A DNA stretch of 64,000 nucleotides from Bordetella parapertussis (GTDB lineage Bacteria > Pseudomonadota > Gammaproteobacteria > Burkholderiales > SG8-39). A program made the translations under genes and the position numbers. The DNA lies in NCBI GenBank assembly GCA_945892985.1, contig CAMDDU010000003.1:62060-126059 (forward strand), read 5' to 3'. Positions within the stretch are counted from its first letter, which is position 1; each line of letters starts with the position of its first letter. The notes beneath the pieces are model-generated. The model ran no database searches and had not been told where the DNA came from. It saw nothing but the letters and a program-made list of their open reading frames with translations. Below are positions 8,496 through 17,969 of the stretch, piece by piece.

Positions 8496-9404
8496 CTAGC
8501 GTCCGGCTGCGCGCCAGTACGCCGGCAGATTCACCACATCGGCATCGCCCAGTCCGTCAGCGGAGGCTTGGTCGAAAACCTGCAGCGCCTGCGCCGTCAC
8601 CGGCAGCGTGACGCCGTGGCTTGCCGCCTCGGCCACCATGGTGCGCAAATCCTTGCGCACGCCATCGACGTGAATGGTCACCGGCGCGCTCTTGTCGCCG
8701 TTGAGGTTGGCAACGATGGCAGGGCCGCGCGTGCGCAGTGTTCCCGGGGCGCCCGAGGTGTCTGAGAAAATGTCGATCATGCGCTGCGGCGTCAGACCCA
8801 GGGGCTTGACCAGGGCGAGGGCCTCGCCGAAGCTTTGCCAGAACACCAGCAGCGGCAGGTTGATGGCGAGCTTCATCAGTGCGCCTGAGCCCACCGGTCC
8901 CAGATGCTCGATGCGGCGGCAGAGTTTTTCGAGCAAGGGGCGGGCCAATGCGACGGCGGCATCGCTGCCGCCGACAAACGCAAAGAGCTTGCCCTCGCGC
9001 GCCGGGCCGACGGTACCGCCAACCGGGGCGTCGATGAACAGTGCGCCTTTGGCCTGCGCGTCGCGGGCGAGCGCGACCACGGTTTCGGGGCGCACCGTGC
9101 TCATTTCAATAAACAACTTGCCTGTCCTTGCCCCGGCGAGCAGCCCCCGGTCGCCGCGGTAGGCGCTTTCCAGCGCCGCATCGTCGGACATGATGGAAAT
9201 GACAATGTCGCAGTCGCGTGCGAGTTCGGTCGCAGTGGCGGCCACTGTTGCGCCGGCCGCCACAAGCGCCTCGGCTTTGGCGCGCGTGCGGTTCCACACG
9301 CTGACCGCATAGCCCTGCTGCAACAGTCGTTCGACGAGGGCCGCGCCCATGCGGCCGATGCCGCATACGCCGATGCGTGCTGCGCTTTTGGGTAAAAGGC
9401 TCAT
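8496..9404 (-). CDS. NAD(P)-dependent beta-hydroxyacid dehydrogenase (6-phosphogluconate/3-hydroxyisobutyrate dehydrogenase family)
   Basis: RIGVCGIGRMGAALVERL Rossmann motif. The start is taken at internal Met MSLLPKS (ATG 9402-9404), with GGAG 6 nt upstream, rather than the ORF-track start at 9467. Confidence 0.75.
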   Translation of the reverse strand: MSLLPKSAARIGVCGIGRMGAALVERLLQQGYAVSVWNRTRAKAEALVAAGATVAATATELARDCDIVISIMSDDAALESAYRGDRGLLAGARTGKLFIEMSTVRPETVVALARDAQAKGALFIDAPVGGTVGPAREGKLFAFVGGSDAAVALARPLLEKLCRRIEHLGPVGSGALMKLAINLPLLVFWQSFGEALALVKPLGLTPQRMIDIFSDTSGAPGTLRTRGPAIVANLNGDKSAPVTIHVDGVRKDLRTMVAEAASHGVTLPVTAQALQVFDQASADGLGDADVVNLPAYWRAAGR

Positions 9405-9494
9405 GCTGATCTCCGTGGTTTTGCGTGCTTGCGACCGGGTTGCCCGATGCCCGCATGATAAAATCAAGCTGCTATTTTCGCATGATCACAGGCT

Positions 9495-10577
9495 GTGACG
9501 CCGCCCCGAGTCCCCATTGCCATGAACCAAGTCTCCTCCCAGGTGGATCCCCTTGCGACCAAGCTGCCGGTCACTATCATCACGGGGTTTCTCGGCAGCG
9601 GGAAAACCACGCTGATCCGGCGTCTGCTGACCCACCCTGACATGAACCGGGTGGCAGTGGTGATCAACGAGATCGGCGAGATCGGCATCGACAACGACCT
9701 GGTGCGGATGTCATCCGAGAACGTCACGCTGCTGGCCAACGGCTGCCTGTGTTGCACCGTACGTACCGACTTGCAGGAAACCCTGCGCGAGTTGTTCGGC
9801 CAGCGCCGTGCCGGGCAGATTGCTGATTTTGACCGCATCGTCGTCGAGACCACCGGCCTTGCCGACCCGGCTCCTGTGGTGCAGACCCTGGTCAGCGACA
9901 CCATGCTGTCGGCGCATTACCGCCTTGATGGCGTGGTGACGCTGGTGGATGCGGTCAACGGCATCTCCAATATCGAGACCACTCCCGAGGCGCAAAAGCA
10001 GATCGCGCTTGCTGACCGCATCATCATCACCAAGTCGGATCTGGTCAGCGAGGCTGAACTGGCCACGCTGCGTGAACGCGTTGCCGCGGTCAATCCTCGC
10101 GCCGACGCCGTGGCGGCGGTGATGGGAGAGATCGATCCGGCGCTGCTGACCGGACTTGGCCTGGCCAGCGCACGGGCTGGCGCAAGAACCCTGAGCTTTC
10201 TGGGTGAGGGGGGGGCGCAGCCGGGTTCGGGCGAGCGCTACCTTGGTGCGCGGCTGCCGGCGCGCCATGATTCTGGCATTCGCACGCTTTCACTGCGCTT
10301 TGACAAGCCGTTTTCCTGGGAGGCGTTTTCTGCCGCCATGGATATGCTCACCAGCTTGCGTGGTCCGGACTTGTTGCGCGTGAAGGGCATTGTCAATGTT
10401 GCGGGCAAGCCGGTGGTGGTGCAGGGCGTGCAGCATATTTTCCATCCGCCGCTGCATCTTGACCAATGGCCGAGCGAAGACCGTGATACGCGTATGGTGT
10501 TTATCAGTCGCAAGCTCGATGAGGCGATGATTCGCGGCCTGTTCGCCGCGGTCGGGGCGTTGTTGCCCGGCGCTTAA
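9495..10577 (+). CDS. COG0523 / CobW-family G3E GTPase (putative metallochaperone)
   Basis: P-loop GFLGSGKTTL, CxCC motif GCLCCT, and ETTGLADP. The start could be ATG 9522. Confidence 0.8.
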   Translation: MTPPRVPIAMNQVSSQVDPLATKLPVTIITGFLGSGKTTLIRRLLTHPDMNRVAVVINEIGEIGIDNDLVRMSSENVTLLANGCLCCTVRTDLQETLRELFGQRRAGQIADFDRIVVETTGLADPAPVVQTLVSDTMLSAHYRLDGVVTLVDAVNGISNIETTPEAQKQIALADRIIITKSDLVSEAELATLRERVAAVNPRADAVAAVMGEIDPALLTGLGLASARAGARTLSFLGEGGAQPGSGERYLGARLPARHDSGIRTLSLRFDKPFSWEAFSAAMDMLTSLRGPDLLRVKGIVNVAGKPVVVQGVQHIFHPPLHLDQWPSEDRDTRMVFISRKLDEAMIRGLFAAVGALLPGA

Positions 10578-10583
10578 AAAAAT

Positions 10584-10609
10584 GGGGCTGCGCGCTTTGC
10601 GGCAGCCCC
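10584..10609. terminator. bidirectional intrinsic terminator between convergent genes
   Basis: GGGGCTGC (10584-10591) pairs with GCAGCCCC (10602-10609). It is flanked by an A-run upstream and CTTT downstream. Confidence 0.55.
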
Positions 10610-10634
10610 CTTTGGCAGCAAGTGCGGGATTGGC

Positions 10635-11774
10635 TTAGCGCCCCTTTATCTTGATCTTGAACAGTTTGCGTGCGTTGCCGCCCATGATGCGCTGGCGGTC
10701 GGCGCCGGACAGGCCTTTGACGCTCTTGATCAGGCCGACCGGATCGTCCTCACCCATGTCATACGGATAGTCGGTGCCCAGCATGACGTGGTCCGAGCCG
10801 TACTTGCGCACCAGATTAGCAAGCATTTCCGGATCGAAGGTGATGGTGTCGAAGTACATCTTGGCGAGATAGCTCGAGGGCGCTTTTTTGATCACGGTGC
10901 GCAGGTCTGCGCGGGCGCGGTGGGCGTGATCCATGCGCGCCCAGTAGTGGGCAAGATAGGCACCGCCGTGGGCGACGACCACCTTCAGCTTCGGGTTGCG
11001 CGCCATCACGCCGTCGAGGATCAGGTGGCTGACGGCGATGGTGGTGTCCATCGGATTACCTATGACGTTGTTGAAGTAGTGGTCGACCAGGCGCTTGCCC
11101 TCTGTGAAGCCCACCGGGTGCAGGAATAGCGGCATCTCGAGTTCCTCGGCGCGGCGGAAGAATTTTTCCAGTTTCAGTTTCGGGTCCGTAAGATCCATGC
11201 CGTTGACGTTAGTGTTGAGTTCCACGCCACGCAGGCCCAGCACTTTTGATGCATATTCGAGTTCCTTGACGGCCATGTCGGCGTTTTGCAGCGGCACGGT
11301 GCCGATGCCGACAAAACGGTCTGGATTGCCGGCCACCAGGCCGGCAATGCCCTCGTTGACTTCGCGCGATAGCGTGCGCCCTAGCGCAGGCTCGGCCCAG
11401 TAGTAGTACTGGAAGGGGGCCGGCGAGACCGCCTGTATATCAATGCCCATCTTGTCCATGTCGCGCAAGCGCACCGGAATGGAGGACAACTTGGGTGCGC
11501 GTCCCGCCATTTGTTTGATGTTGACCTCGTTGGTCAGCGCGTTGGCGTAGATCACGCTGGGCTCATATTGTCCCGGTTTGAGATGCGCAACCTTGGCGGC
11601 AACCGCGGTGTTCAGGTAGTGGCAATGGATGTCGATGCGCAGGTCGGCAGTCTTGCGCTTGCCTTTTGTCACTGAGGAGGCGCGCACCGCGGTGACCGCC
11701 TTGCGTTTGGTTGCCGCGGCGCGGCCGTGGCGATGGGCGGGGTCGGTGCAGTTGGGGGAGCAGGTATAGAGCAT
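10635..11774 (-). CDS. amidohydrolase-2 family protein (ACMSD-like metal-dependent hydrolase/decarboxylase)
   Basis: IDIHCHYL metal-binding motif, HPVG, VVAHGG and GTDYPYD. It has a basic ~45-aa N-terminal extension, so the true start is uncertain. Confidence 0.7.
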   Translation of the reverse strand: MLYTCSPNCTDPAHRHGRAAATKRKAVTAVRASSVTKGKRKTADLRIDIHCHYLNTAVAAKVAHLKPGQYEPSVIYANALTNEVNIKQMAGRAPKLSSIPVRLRDMDKMGIDIQAVSPAPFQYYYWAEPALGRTLSREVNEGIAGLVAGNPDRFVGIGTVPLQNADMAVKELEYASKVLGLRGVELNTNVNGMDLTDPKLKLEKFFRRAEELEMPLFLHPVGFTEGKRLVDHYFNNVIGNPMDTTIAVSHLILDGVMARNPKLKVVVAHGGAYLAHYWARMDHAHRARADLRTVIKKAPSSYLAKMYFDTITFDPEMLANLVRKYGSDHVMLGTDYPYDMGEDDPVGLIKSVKGLSGADRQRIMGGNARKLFKIKIKGR

Positions 11775-11945
11775 GGGGTCAGGTCCGTTTGGTGTTTGTT
11801 TGTTGTAGGGCCGAATTTTTCCGGTGCTTATGCTGCCGGATTGGATAAGCCCTTGTATTTTAGCCCAAGCCCGGGCTCTCCCCCGGGCGTCGTATCAGGT
11901 CGAGCGCAAGACTTGGCGGTGATGCGTTAAAATCCGCGTCACCTG

Positions 11946-11972
11946 ATTGTCATGATTGTCACAATAACGAAA
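11946..11972 (+). promoter_or_regulatory. Pho-box-like direct repeats upstream of the DUF47-pit operon
   Basis: GCGTCAC-CTGA-TTGTCAT, i.e. GTCA cores at 11-nt spacing, then a third GTCAC. The match to CTGTCAT-N4-CTGTCAT is only partial. Confidence 0.3.
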
Positions 11973-12011
11973 ACCGGGGTGCCAACCAGGCGCCCCTTTG
12001 GAGGCCAGACC

Positions 12012-12659
12012 ATGTTGTTCGCAAAGCTGCTGCCGCAGGATGGCAACTTTTTCGAGATGTTCAACCAGCACGCCGATTGCATCGCCAAGGCGGCGCGCGC
12101 GATGTCGCAGCTGGTGGCCAACTACGATAATCCGCAACTGCGCGAGCAGCATGCGCGCGAGGTAGATGATGCGGAGCACGCGGCGGATCGCATCACGCAC
12201 GAGGTCAACAAGACGCTGCACCGGACCTTTATCACCCCGATCGACCGCGACCAGATCCACTCGCTCATCAATACCATGGATGATGTGGCGGACCTGATCC
12301 AGGACTGCACGGAAACCCTCGCCCTTTACGACGTCCATCATGTGACCGACGAGATTGTGCGCTTGGCCGAGCTGAGCGAGAAATGCTGCCTCAGGGTGCG
12401 TCACGCCGTTTCCCTGATCGGCGACCTGTCCAAGGCGAGCACCGCCGAGGCCGCCCTGAAAACATGCGAGGAAATAGACCAACTCGAGTCGGATGCCGAT
12501 CGCGTGCTTCGCTCGGCCATGAGCAAGTTGTTTCGCAACGAGCCCGATGTGCGTGAGGTGATCAAGCTGAAGGCGATATTCGAGCTGCTTGAAACAATCA
12601 CCGACAAGTGCGAGGACGTGGCCAACCTGATCGAGGGCATTGTCCTTGAAAATTCCTGA
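12012..12659 (+). CDS. DUF47 family protein (PhoU-like Pit accessory protein)
   Basis: MLFAKLLPQDGNFFEMFNQHA... with GGAGG 8 nt upstream of ATG 12012. It lies immediately upstream of a PiT transporter, the usual pairing. Confidence 0.8.
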   Translation: MLFAKLLPQDGNFFEMFNQHADCIAKAARAMSQLVANYDNPQLREQHAREVDDAEHAADRITHEVNKTLHRTFITPIDRDQIHSLINTMDDVADLIQDCTETLALYDVHHVTDEIVRLAELSEKCCLRVRHAVSLIGDLSKASTAEAALKTCEEIDQLESDADRVLRSAMSKLFRNEPDVREVIKLKAIFELLETITDKCEDVANLIEGIVLENS

Positions 12660-12682
12660 GTCGGGTCGGGCATGATCCAATT

Positions 12683-13693
12683 ATGACGACCGGCCAGGTT
12701 GCGCTTTGGGTGATCGTCTTGCTGGTGTTGCTGGCGCTGGCTTTCGATTTTATGAACGGCTTTCATGATGCCGCCAATTCCATTGCCACGGTGGTGTCCA
12801 CCGGCGTGCTCAAGCCGGCGCAAGCGGTGCTGTTCGCGGCGTTTTTCAATTTCGTCGCAATTTTCATCTTTCACCTGAGCGTCGCCGCCACAGTCGGCAA
12901 GGGCATTGTGCAGCCCGGGGTGGTGGACACGCATGTGGTGTTCGGTGCGCTGGTGGGGGCCATCACCTGGAACATTGTCACTTGGTACTACGGCATTCCG
13001 AGCAGCTCCTCGCATGCGCTGATCGGTGGCATCGTTGGCGCCGTAATAGCCAAGGCCGGCATCGGCGCGCTGATCGGGGCGGGGGTGTTCAAGACGGTGG
13101 CGTTTATTTTTGTGTCGCCATTACTCGGGTTTTTGCTCGGCTCGATGATGATGGTGCTGGTGGCCTGGGTGTGCCGCCGGGCGACACCATCCCGTGTTGA
13201 CCGATGGTTTCGCCGCCTGCAACTGGTGTCGGCAAGCGCATACAGCCTTGGCCATGGCGGCAATGACGCGCAGAAAACCATTGGCATCATCTGGATGCTG
13301 CTTATCGCCACCGGCTATAGCGCCGCCGGCGACAGTTCGCCGCCAACCTGGACCATCGTCTGTTGCTACGCCGCGATCGCGGCCGGCACGATGTTTGGCG
13401 GTTGGCGCATCGTCAAAACAATGGGGCAGCGTATAACCAAACTCAAACCAGTGGGTGGCTTTTGCGCCGAGACGGGGGGGGCGGTAACCCTGTTCCTTGC
13501 GACAGCGCTCGGCATTCCGGTATCGACAACCCACACCATCACCGGCGCCATTGTCGGGGTCGGCGCGGTGCGTGGCGCCGGCGCGGTGCGCTGGGGGGTC
13601 GCCGGCAACATCGTTTGGGCGTGGATATTCACCATCCCCGCCAGTGCCTTTGTCGCCGCCGTATTCTACTGGCTGAGCATGCTTATTTTCTGA
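12683..13693 (+). CDS. pitA: inorganic phosphate transporter, PiT family
   Basis: 336 aa polytopic membrane protein with the two PiT signature repeats GFHDAANSIAT and GGNDAQKTIG. Confidence 0.85.
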   Translation: MTTGQVALWVIVLLVLLALAFDFMNGFHDAANSIATVVSTGVLKPAQAVLFAAFFNFVAIFIFHLSVAATVGKGIVQPGVVDTHVVFGALVGAITWNIVTWYYGIPSSSSHALIGGIVGAVIAKAGIGALIGAGVFKTVAFIFVSPLLGFLLGSMMMVLVAWVCRRATPSRVDRWFRRLQLVSASAYSLGHGGNDAQKTIGIIWMLLIATGYSAAGDSSPPTWTIVCCYAAIAAGTMFGGWRIVKTMGQRITKLKPVGGFCAETGGAVTLFLATALGIPVSTTHTITGAIVGVGAVRGAGAVRWGVAGNIVWAWIFTIPASAFVAAVFYWLSMLIF

Positions 13694-13876
13694 TTTTCAG
13701 CCGCATCGTAGTCTGGAAACGATCGACTGGCGCGGGTTTCCAGCTTGTGTTGCAGGCGGGGGTCCTGCGGCCTTCCGAAGCGCGATACGGACTACTCCAG
13801 TCGGTTTAAACTGACCCCTGCCCGAGGCGAGCCTTAAGCGTTACCCTGCCAGCCATTCACTAATGGAATCTCTCTC

Positions 13877-14575
13877 ATGAGCACTCAGCCAGCCGAACCC
13901 GTCGCTGCATTGGACGACACCGTCAGCGTATCGATTGCGGTCGCCGATTTCAGCCCATCCGAGATGTACGTATTTTTACGCGACGCGGTGGTGCCGCGTC
14001 CGATCGCCTGGGTATCGACAATGAATGCAGCAGGGCAGACCAACCTGGCGCCCTTCAGCTTTTTCAACGTCGTCAGCCCCTATCCGCCGACCATAGGCTT
14101 TAGCATAGGCCCGCGCGGTGACAATCACAGTTCGGGCGAGCGACTGATCAAGGACACCCTGCTGAACATACGCGCCGTGGGCGAGTTCGTCGTCAACATC
14201 GTGCCCGGAGGCCTGCTCGAACCAATGGTGAAATGTTCCGACCCGCTGGCTCATGGGGAGAGCGAATTCGACCATGCCGGTCTTGTGCCTGTGCCCTCGA
14301 CGCTGGTGCGGCCGCCGCGCGTGCGCGGTGCGCCGGTTTCGCTCGAATGCCGCACTCATTCCATCACGGAGATCGGTGTGAACACCTGGGTCATGGGTAC
14401 GGTGGTGCACATACACGTCGACCGCAAGGCTTATCTTGGTTCTACCCCGGCGCTCAAGCACCGCATCAACGTGGTCGCCGATGCCGCCAATCGGCCGGTC
14501 GGAAGGCTAGATCGCGCCAACTACACGCGGGTGACGGACCTTGAGGTGCAATGGCGTCAGGAAGGCCCGAACTAG
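13877..14575 (+). CDS. flavin reductase family protein (FMN-binding split barrel)
   Basis: PRPIAWVSTMNAAGQTNLAPFSFFN is characteristic of the flavin reductase-like domain. Confidence 0.75.
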   Translation: MSTQPAEPVAALDDTVSVSIAVADFSPSEMYVFLRDAVVPRPIAWVSTMNAAGQTNLAPFSFFNVVSPYPPTIGFSIGPRGDNHSSGERLIKDTLLNIRAVGEFVVNIVPGGLLEPMVKCSDPLAHGESEFDHAGLVPVPSTLVRPPRVRGAPVSLECRTHSITEIGVNTWVMGTVVHIHVDRKAYLGSTPALKHRINVVADAANRPVGRLDRANYTRVTDLEVQWRQEGPN

Positions 14576-14628
14576 AAGATCCGCGTGCCGGCCTTGTTGC
14601 GCGTATAGAAAACCGAATTGGAGGTGTC

Positions 14629-14982
14629 GTGGGGAAATTGCTCCTGCTGTGGCTGATTAATGCCCTTGCCTTGCTGGCCTTGCCTTATGTAGTGCCCTCG
14701 GTGCAGGTCGAGAGCTTCGCCGTCGCACTGGTGGCCGCGCTCGTGCTCGGCTTTGTCAACACGCTGATCCGGCCTGTGCTGGTGCTGCTGACCTTGCCGG
14801 TCAGCATTGTCACGCTGGGCCTGTTCGTTTTTGCCATCAACGGCTTGCTCTTCTGGATGGTGGCGTCATGGCTGGAGGGCTTTCACGTCGCGGGTTTTTG
14901 GTCGGCGGTGTTGGGGGCCATCGTCTACGGGATTATTTCCTGGGCGGCGAGCGCGCTGGCGTTTGGCGACCGGCGCGCCTAG
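14629..14982 (+). CDS. small membrane protein of the phage-holin-4_2 / DUF360 (YvlD-like) family
   Basis: Four hydrophobic helices (LLLLWLINALALLALPYVV ...). GTG 14629 is preceded by GGAGG. The ORF-track start at 14551 overlaps the previous gene. Confidence 0.6.
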   Translation: MGKLLLLWLINALALLALPYVVPSVQVESFAVALVAALVLGFVNTLIRPVLVLLTLPVSIVTLGLFVFAINGLLFWMVASWLEGFHVAGFWSAVLGAIVYGIISWAASALAFGDRRA

Positions 14983-15063
14983 GCCGGCTATCACGGTCGG
15001 CGTCTAAAAATACGCATCCAAGCTGCTATATTGTCATCCCGTTTTGATTGCTGATCAGTGAAC

Positions 15064-16623
15064 ATGAAGAAGGTCGGTCGTAACGATCCGTGCCCTTGCG
15101 GTAGCGGAAAAAAATACAAGCTGTGCCATCAGGCGATTGATGAAGGCATGCCGGCTGTGCCGGTAAATACTGCTGTGACGGAAAAGGCCGCGCTCGAAAG
15201 CCGGTTCGTCAATCAGGGTAACGCGCTGCAGGCGCAGGGCCTGCTGGACGAGGCGGTGATGTGTTATCGCCAGGCTGTGGAAATCAATCCGGCCGCGGCC
15301 GAACTGCACAGCAATCTTGGCAACCTGCTCGACAGCCTTGGCCGGACCGAAGAGGCGGTGGCCAGTTACCGCAAGGCGCTCGCGCTCAAACCGGAGGTCG
15401 CCGAGTTGCACAGCAATCTCGGACTGACATTACAGACGCTGGGCCGCTCCGAAGAGGCAGTGGCGTGCTACGAAAAGGCCGTTGCGATAAAGCCCGGGTA
15501 TGCCGGCGCGCATTTCAACCTTGGCCTCGCGCTGCAGGCTCAGGGCAGGCACGAGGCTGCCGCGACGCGTTACAGGCAGGTTCTCGCGCTGCGACCGGGC
15601 TATGCGCAAGCCCACAACAATCTGGCCAATGCGCTCGAGTCGCTCGGGCGGCTCGATGAGGCGATCGTAAGCTACCGCGATGCGGTCGCCCTCGACCCCT
15701 TACTGCTTGCCGCCCGCAACGGGCTGGCGTCGGTGCTCGGCCGTCTGGTGCCGCTTTGGCACGTGCCAATGATGAACGACACCATTCGCAATGCGGCTTA
15801 TTACGAGGCGCTGCGCGCGGCGGTCACGCCCGATTCGAACGTATTCGAGATCGGCACCGGATCGGGGCTGCTGTCCATGATGGCTGCGAAGCTGGGGGCG
15901 AAAAGCGTGACTACCTGCGAGGCCGAGCCGATTGTCGCCGCAACGGCGAAACGGGTCATTGCGGATAACGGCCTTGATCAACGTATCCGCTTGCTCGCCA
16001 AAAAATCCACCGATGTGCACGTGGGCGAAGACCTGTCGCAGCCGGCGGACATCCTGGTTTCAGAAATTCTCTCCAGTGAGTTGCTTGGCGAGCGCGTGCT
16101 GTCGAGCATAGAGGACGCCAAGCGACGGCTGCTCAAGCCCGGCTGCCGCATTATCCCCGCTGCCGGCAGCATCATGATCGCGCTGTTCGGTGGCGAGGAT
16201 ATTGGCAGCAATCTTGCCGTCGGGGACGCCTGTGGTTTCAATTTACGTCAGTTCAACGACATTGTGCCGCGGCGCCAGACCATTGCGCGCAGCGACCTCA
16301 CGATCGAAATGCTCAGCGCTGATACCGAGGCGTTTCGTTTTGATTTCGAGAGCGCCATCGTCGCGGCCCCGGAGGTAAAGACCTTGAACATTCCGGTGAC
16401 GGCGGCGGGGCTCTGTCTTGGGTTCGTTCAATGGATACGCTTGGAGATGTTCGCCGACATCGTGTTCGAGAACCACCCGTCGGTCAAGGCAGCGGCATCG
16501 GGTTGGACACGCTGCGCTTATGTGTTCGCCTCACCCGTTGAACTCAAAGTCGGTCAGGTCGCGGTCGTGTCTGCGGCGCATAACCGCGTGATGCCGTGGT
16601 TTGAATTGCAGGGCGTCGAGTAA
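15064..16623 (+). CDS. SEC-C motif / TPR repeat / class I SAM-dependent (PRMT-like) methyltransferase fusion protein
   Basis: N-terminus KKVGRNDPCPCGSGKKYKLCH (SEC-C zinc motif), about 6 TPR units, then VFEIGTGSGLLSMMAAKLGA...ADILVSEIL (SAM-binding motifs I and post-I). Confidence 0.7.
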   Translation: MKKVGRNDPCPCGSGKKYKLCHQAIDEGMPAVPVNTAVTEKAALESRFVNQGNALQAQGLLDEAVMCYRQAVEINPAAAELHSNLGNLLDSLGRTEEAVASYRKALALKPEVAELHSNLGLTLQTLGRSEEAVACYEKAVAIKPGYAGAHFNLGLALQAQGRHEAAATRYRQVLALRPGYAQAHNNLANALESLGRLDEAIVSYRDAVALDPLLLAARNGLASVLGRLVPLWHVPMMNDTIRNAAYYEALRAAVTPDSNVFEIGTGSGLLSMMAAKLGAKSVTTCEAEPIVAATAKRVIADNGLDQRIRLLAKKSTDVHVGEDLSQPADILVSEILSSELLGERVLSSIEDAKRRLLKPGCRIIPAAGSIMIALFGGEDIGSNLAVGDACGFNLRQFNDIVPRRQTIARSDLTIEMLSADTEAFRFDFESAIVAAPEVKTLNIPVTAAGLCLGFVQWIRLEMFADIVFENHPSVKAAASGWTRCAYVFASPVELKVGQVAVVSAAHNRVMPWFELQGVE

Positions 16624-16706
16624 GTCAGCCGGTGATGCGCTGGAAAGAGCCGCCTGGCGCGGCTTCCCAGCCGCCAGACTGAAAAAATGTTGGACCGTTA
16701 GGCGGA

Positions 16707-17843
16707 TCAGGCCACCGCTGAAAGTGGCCTGGCGACCCGTTTGATCCCCATGTCCTTCAGTGCGAGGGCCACCGCGCCGACCATATTGCGCATTTCATTG
16801 GCGTCGATGGCGCCGATGCAGCCGACGCGGAAAGTCTCCATCTTGGTCAGTTTGCCCGGATAAAGGATGTAGCCGCGGTCGCGCAGGTGGGCGTAAAAAG
16901 TGTCGAAGCGGTAATTCGGATCATCCGGGGCGTGGAAGGTGACGATGATTGGCGCCTGTATCGTCTTGGCAAGGAAGGGCTTGAAGCCCAGGGCCGCCAT
17001 GCCTTCGATCAGCGTGTCGCAATTGGCCTGGTAGCGCGCCCCGCGTGCGCGCTGTCCGCCGGCGGCTTTGAATTGGTCGATGGCGGCGCGCAGTGCCGCG
17101 ATGACATGGGTGGGGGGCGTGTAGCGCCAGCGGCCGTTCGATTCCATGTAGGCCCACTGGTCATGCAAGTCCATCGCCAACGAATGGCTGTTGCCGGCGC
17201 ATTCCTCCAGCACCGATTTTCGCGCGATGACAAAGCCCATGCCAGGCACACCTTCAAGGCATTTTCCCGAGGCGGAGATGAGCGCGTCGAAAGGCATTTT
17301 TTGTGCGTCAATCTCAATGGTACCGAAGGAGCTCATGGCATCGACAATGAGTCCCTTGCCGCGTTTCGCGCATTCGGCGGCGATATCCGCCAGCGGGTTG
17401 AGAATGCCTGCGCTGGTTTCGCAGTGCACCTGCGCGACATGCGTAATGGCCGGGTCGGCATCGAGCGCGTCTGCGATCATTTTTCCGGTCGCCGGCTTGT
17501 CCTCGGGAATGGCCAGTTCAACGGCGTCGCGTCCGAGGTATTTGCAGATTTTCAGGATGCGCTGGCAGTAGGCGCCGTTTTGCGGCACCAGCACCTTGCC
17601 GTTGCGGGGCACGATGGTGCCGATGGCCGCCTCGACGGAAAAGGTACCGCTGCCCTGGAGTGGAACGCAGACGTGGGTGGATCCGGCATTGGCGATGGCG
17701 AGGATGTCTTCGCGCAGGCTGGCCACGAGGGCGTTGAAGGCTGCATCCCACGATCCCCAGTCGCGCAGCATCGCCTGCTTGGTGGCGAGCGAGGTGGTCA
17801 TGGGCCCGGGGGTGAGTAGAATGGGTTCGTTGCCGATGATCAT
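16707..17843 (-). CDS. phnW: 2-aminoethylphosphonate:pyruvate aminotransferase
   Basis: [10 protein letters not shown]...LRDWGSWD...[16 protein letters not shown], typical PhnW including the PLP-lysine region. It sits in a phosphonate locus. Confidence 0.85.
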   Translation of the reverse strand: MIIGNEPILLTPGPMTTSLATKQAMLRDWGSWDAAFNALVASLREDILAIANAGSTHVCVPLQGSGTFSVEAAIGTIVPRNGKVLVPQNGAYCQRILKICKYLGRDAVELAIPEDKPATGKMIADALDADPAITHVAQVHCETSAGILNPLADIAAECAKRGKGLIVDAMSSFGTIEIDAQKMPFDALISASGKCLEGVPGMGFVIARKSVLEECAGNSHSLAMDLHDQWAYMESNGRWRYTPPTHVIAALRAAIDQFKAAGGQRARGARYQANCDTLIEGMAALGFKPFLAKTIQAPIIVTFHAPDDPNYRFDTFYAHLRDRGYILYPGKLTKMETFRVGCIGAIDANEMRNMVGAVALALKDMGIKRVARPLSAVA

Positions 17844-17969
17844 GATTAGTCCCTCAATGGAAACGGCCAGAATTGCAGCGACCAGGGCGTCAGTTTAGCG
17901 GTTGTGAGCCCGGATGCGCCAGCGACCGTGGCGCGCACCGTTGCCGACTTGGTGCGGACGCAGCCCCAG

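Larger units (their letters stand above)
7986..8637. repeat. tandem duplication spanning the 3' ends of two convergent genes (pattern A-H-B'-A'-H'-B)
   Basis: 7986-8167 equals 8284-8465 at constant offset 298 with mismatches at 8010/8308, 8123/8421 and 8133/8431. 8215-8282 equals 8570-8637 at offset 355 with 1 mismatch. Confidence 0.9.

Noticed and set aside
9453-9487. AT-rich patch (GCATGATAAAATCAAGCTGCTATTTTCGCATGAT) upstream of the COG0523 GTPase as a possible Zur/Fur box
   Set aside because: COG0523 genes are often Zur-regulated and the patch is conspicuous in this GC-rich context. However, the inverted symmetry is weak (ATGATAAAAT versus ATTTTCGCAT, 9-nt spacer) and it does not resemble the Zur or Fur consensus I know. 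I leave it as unassigned.
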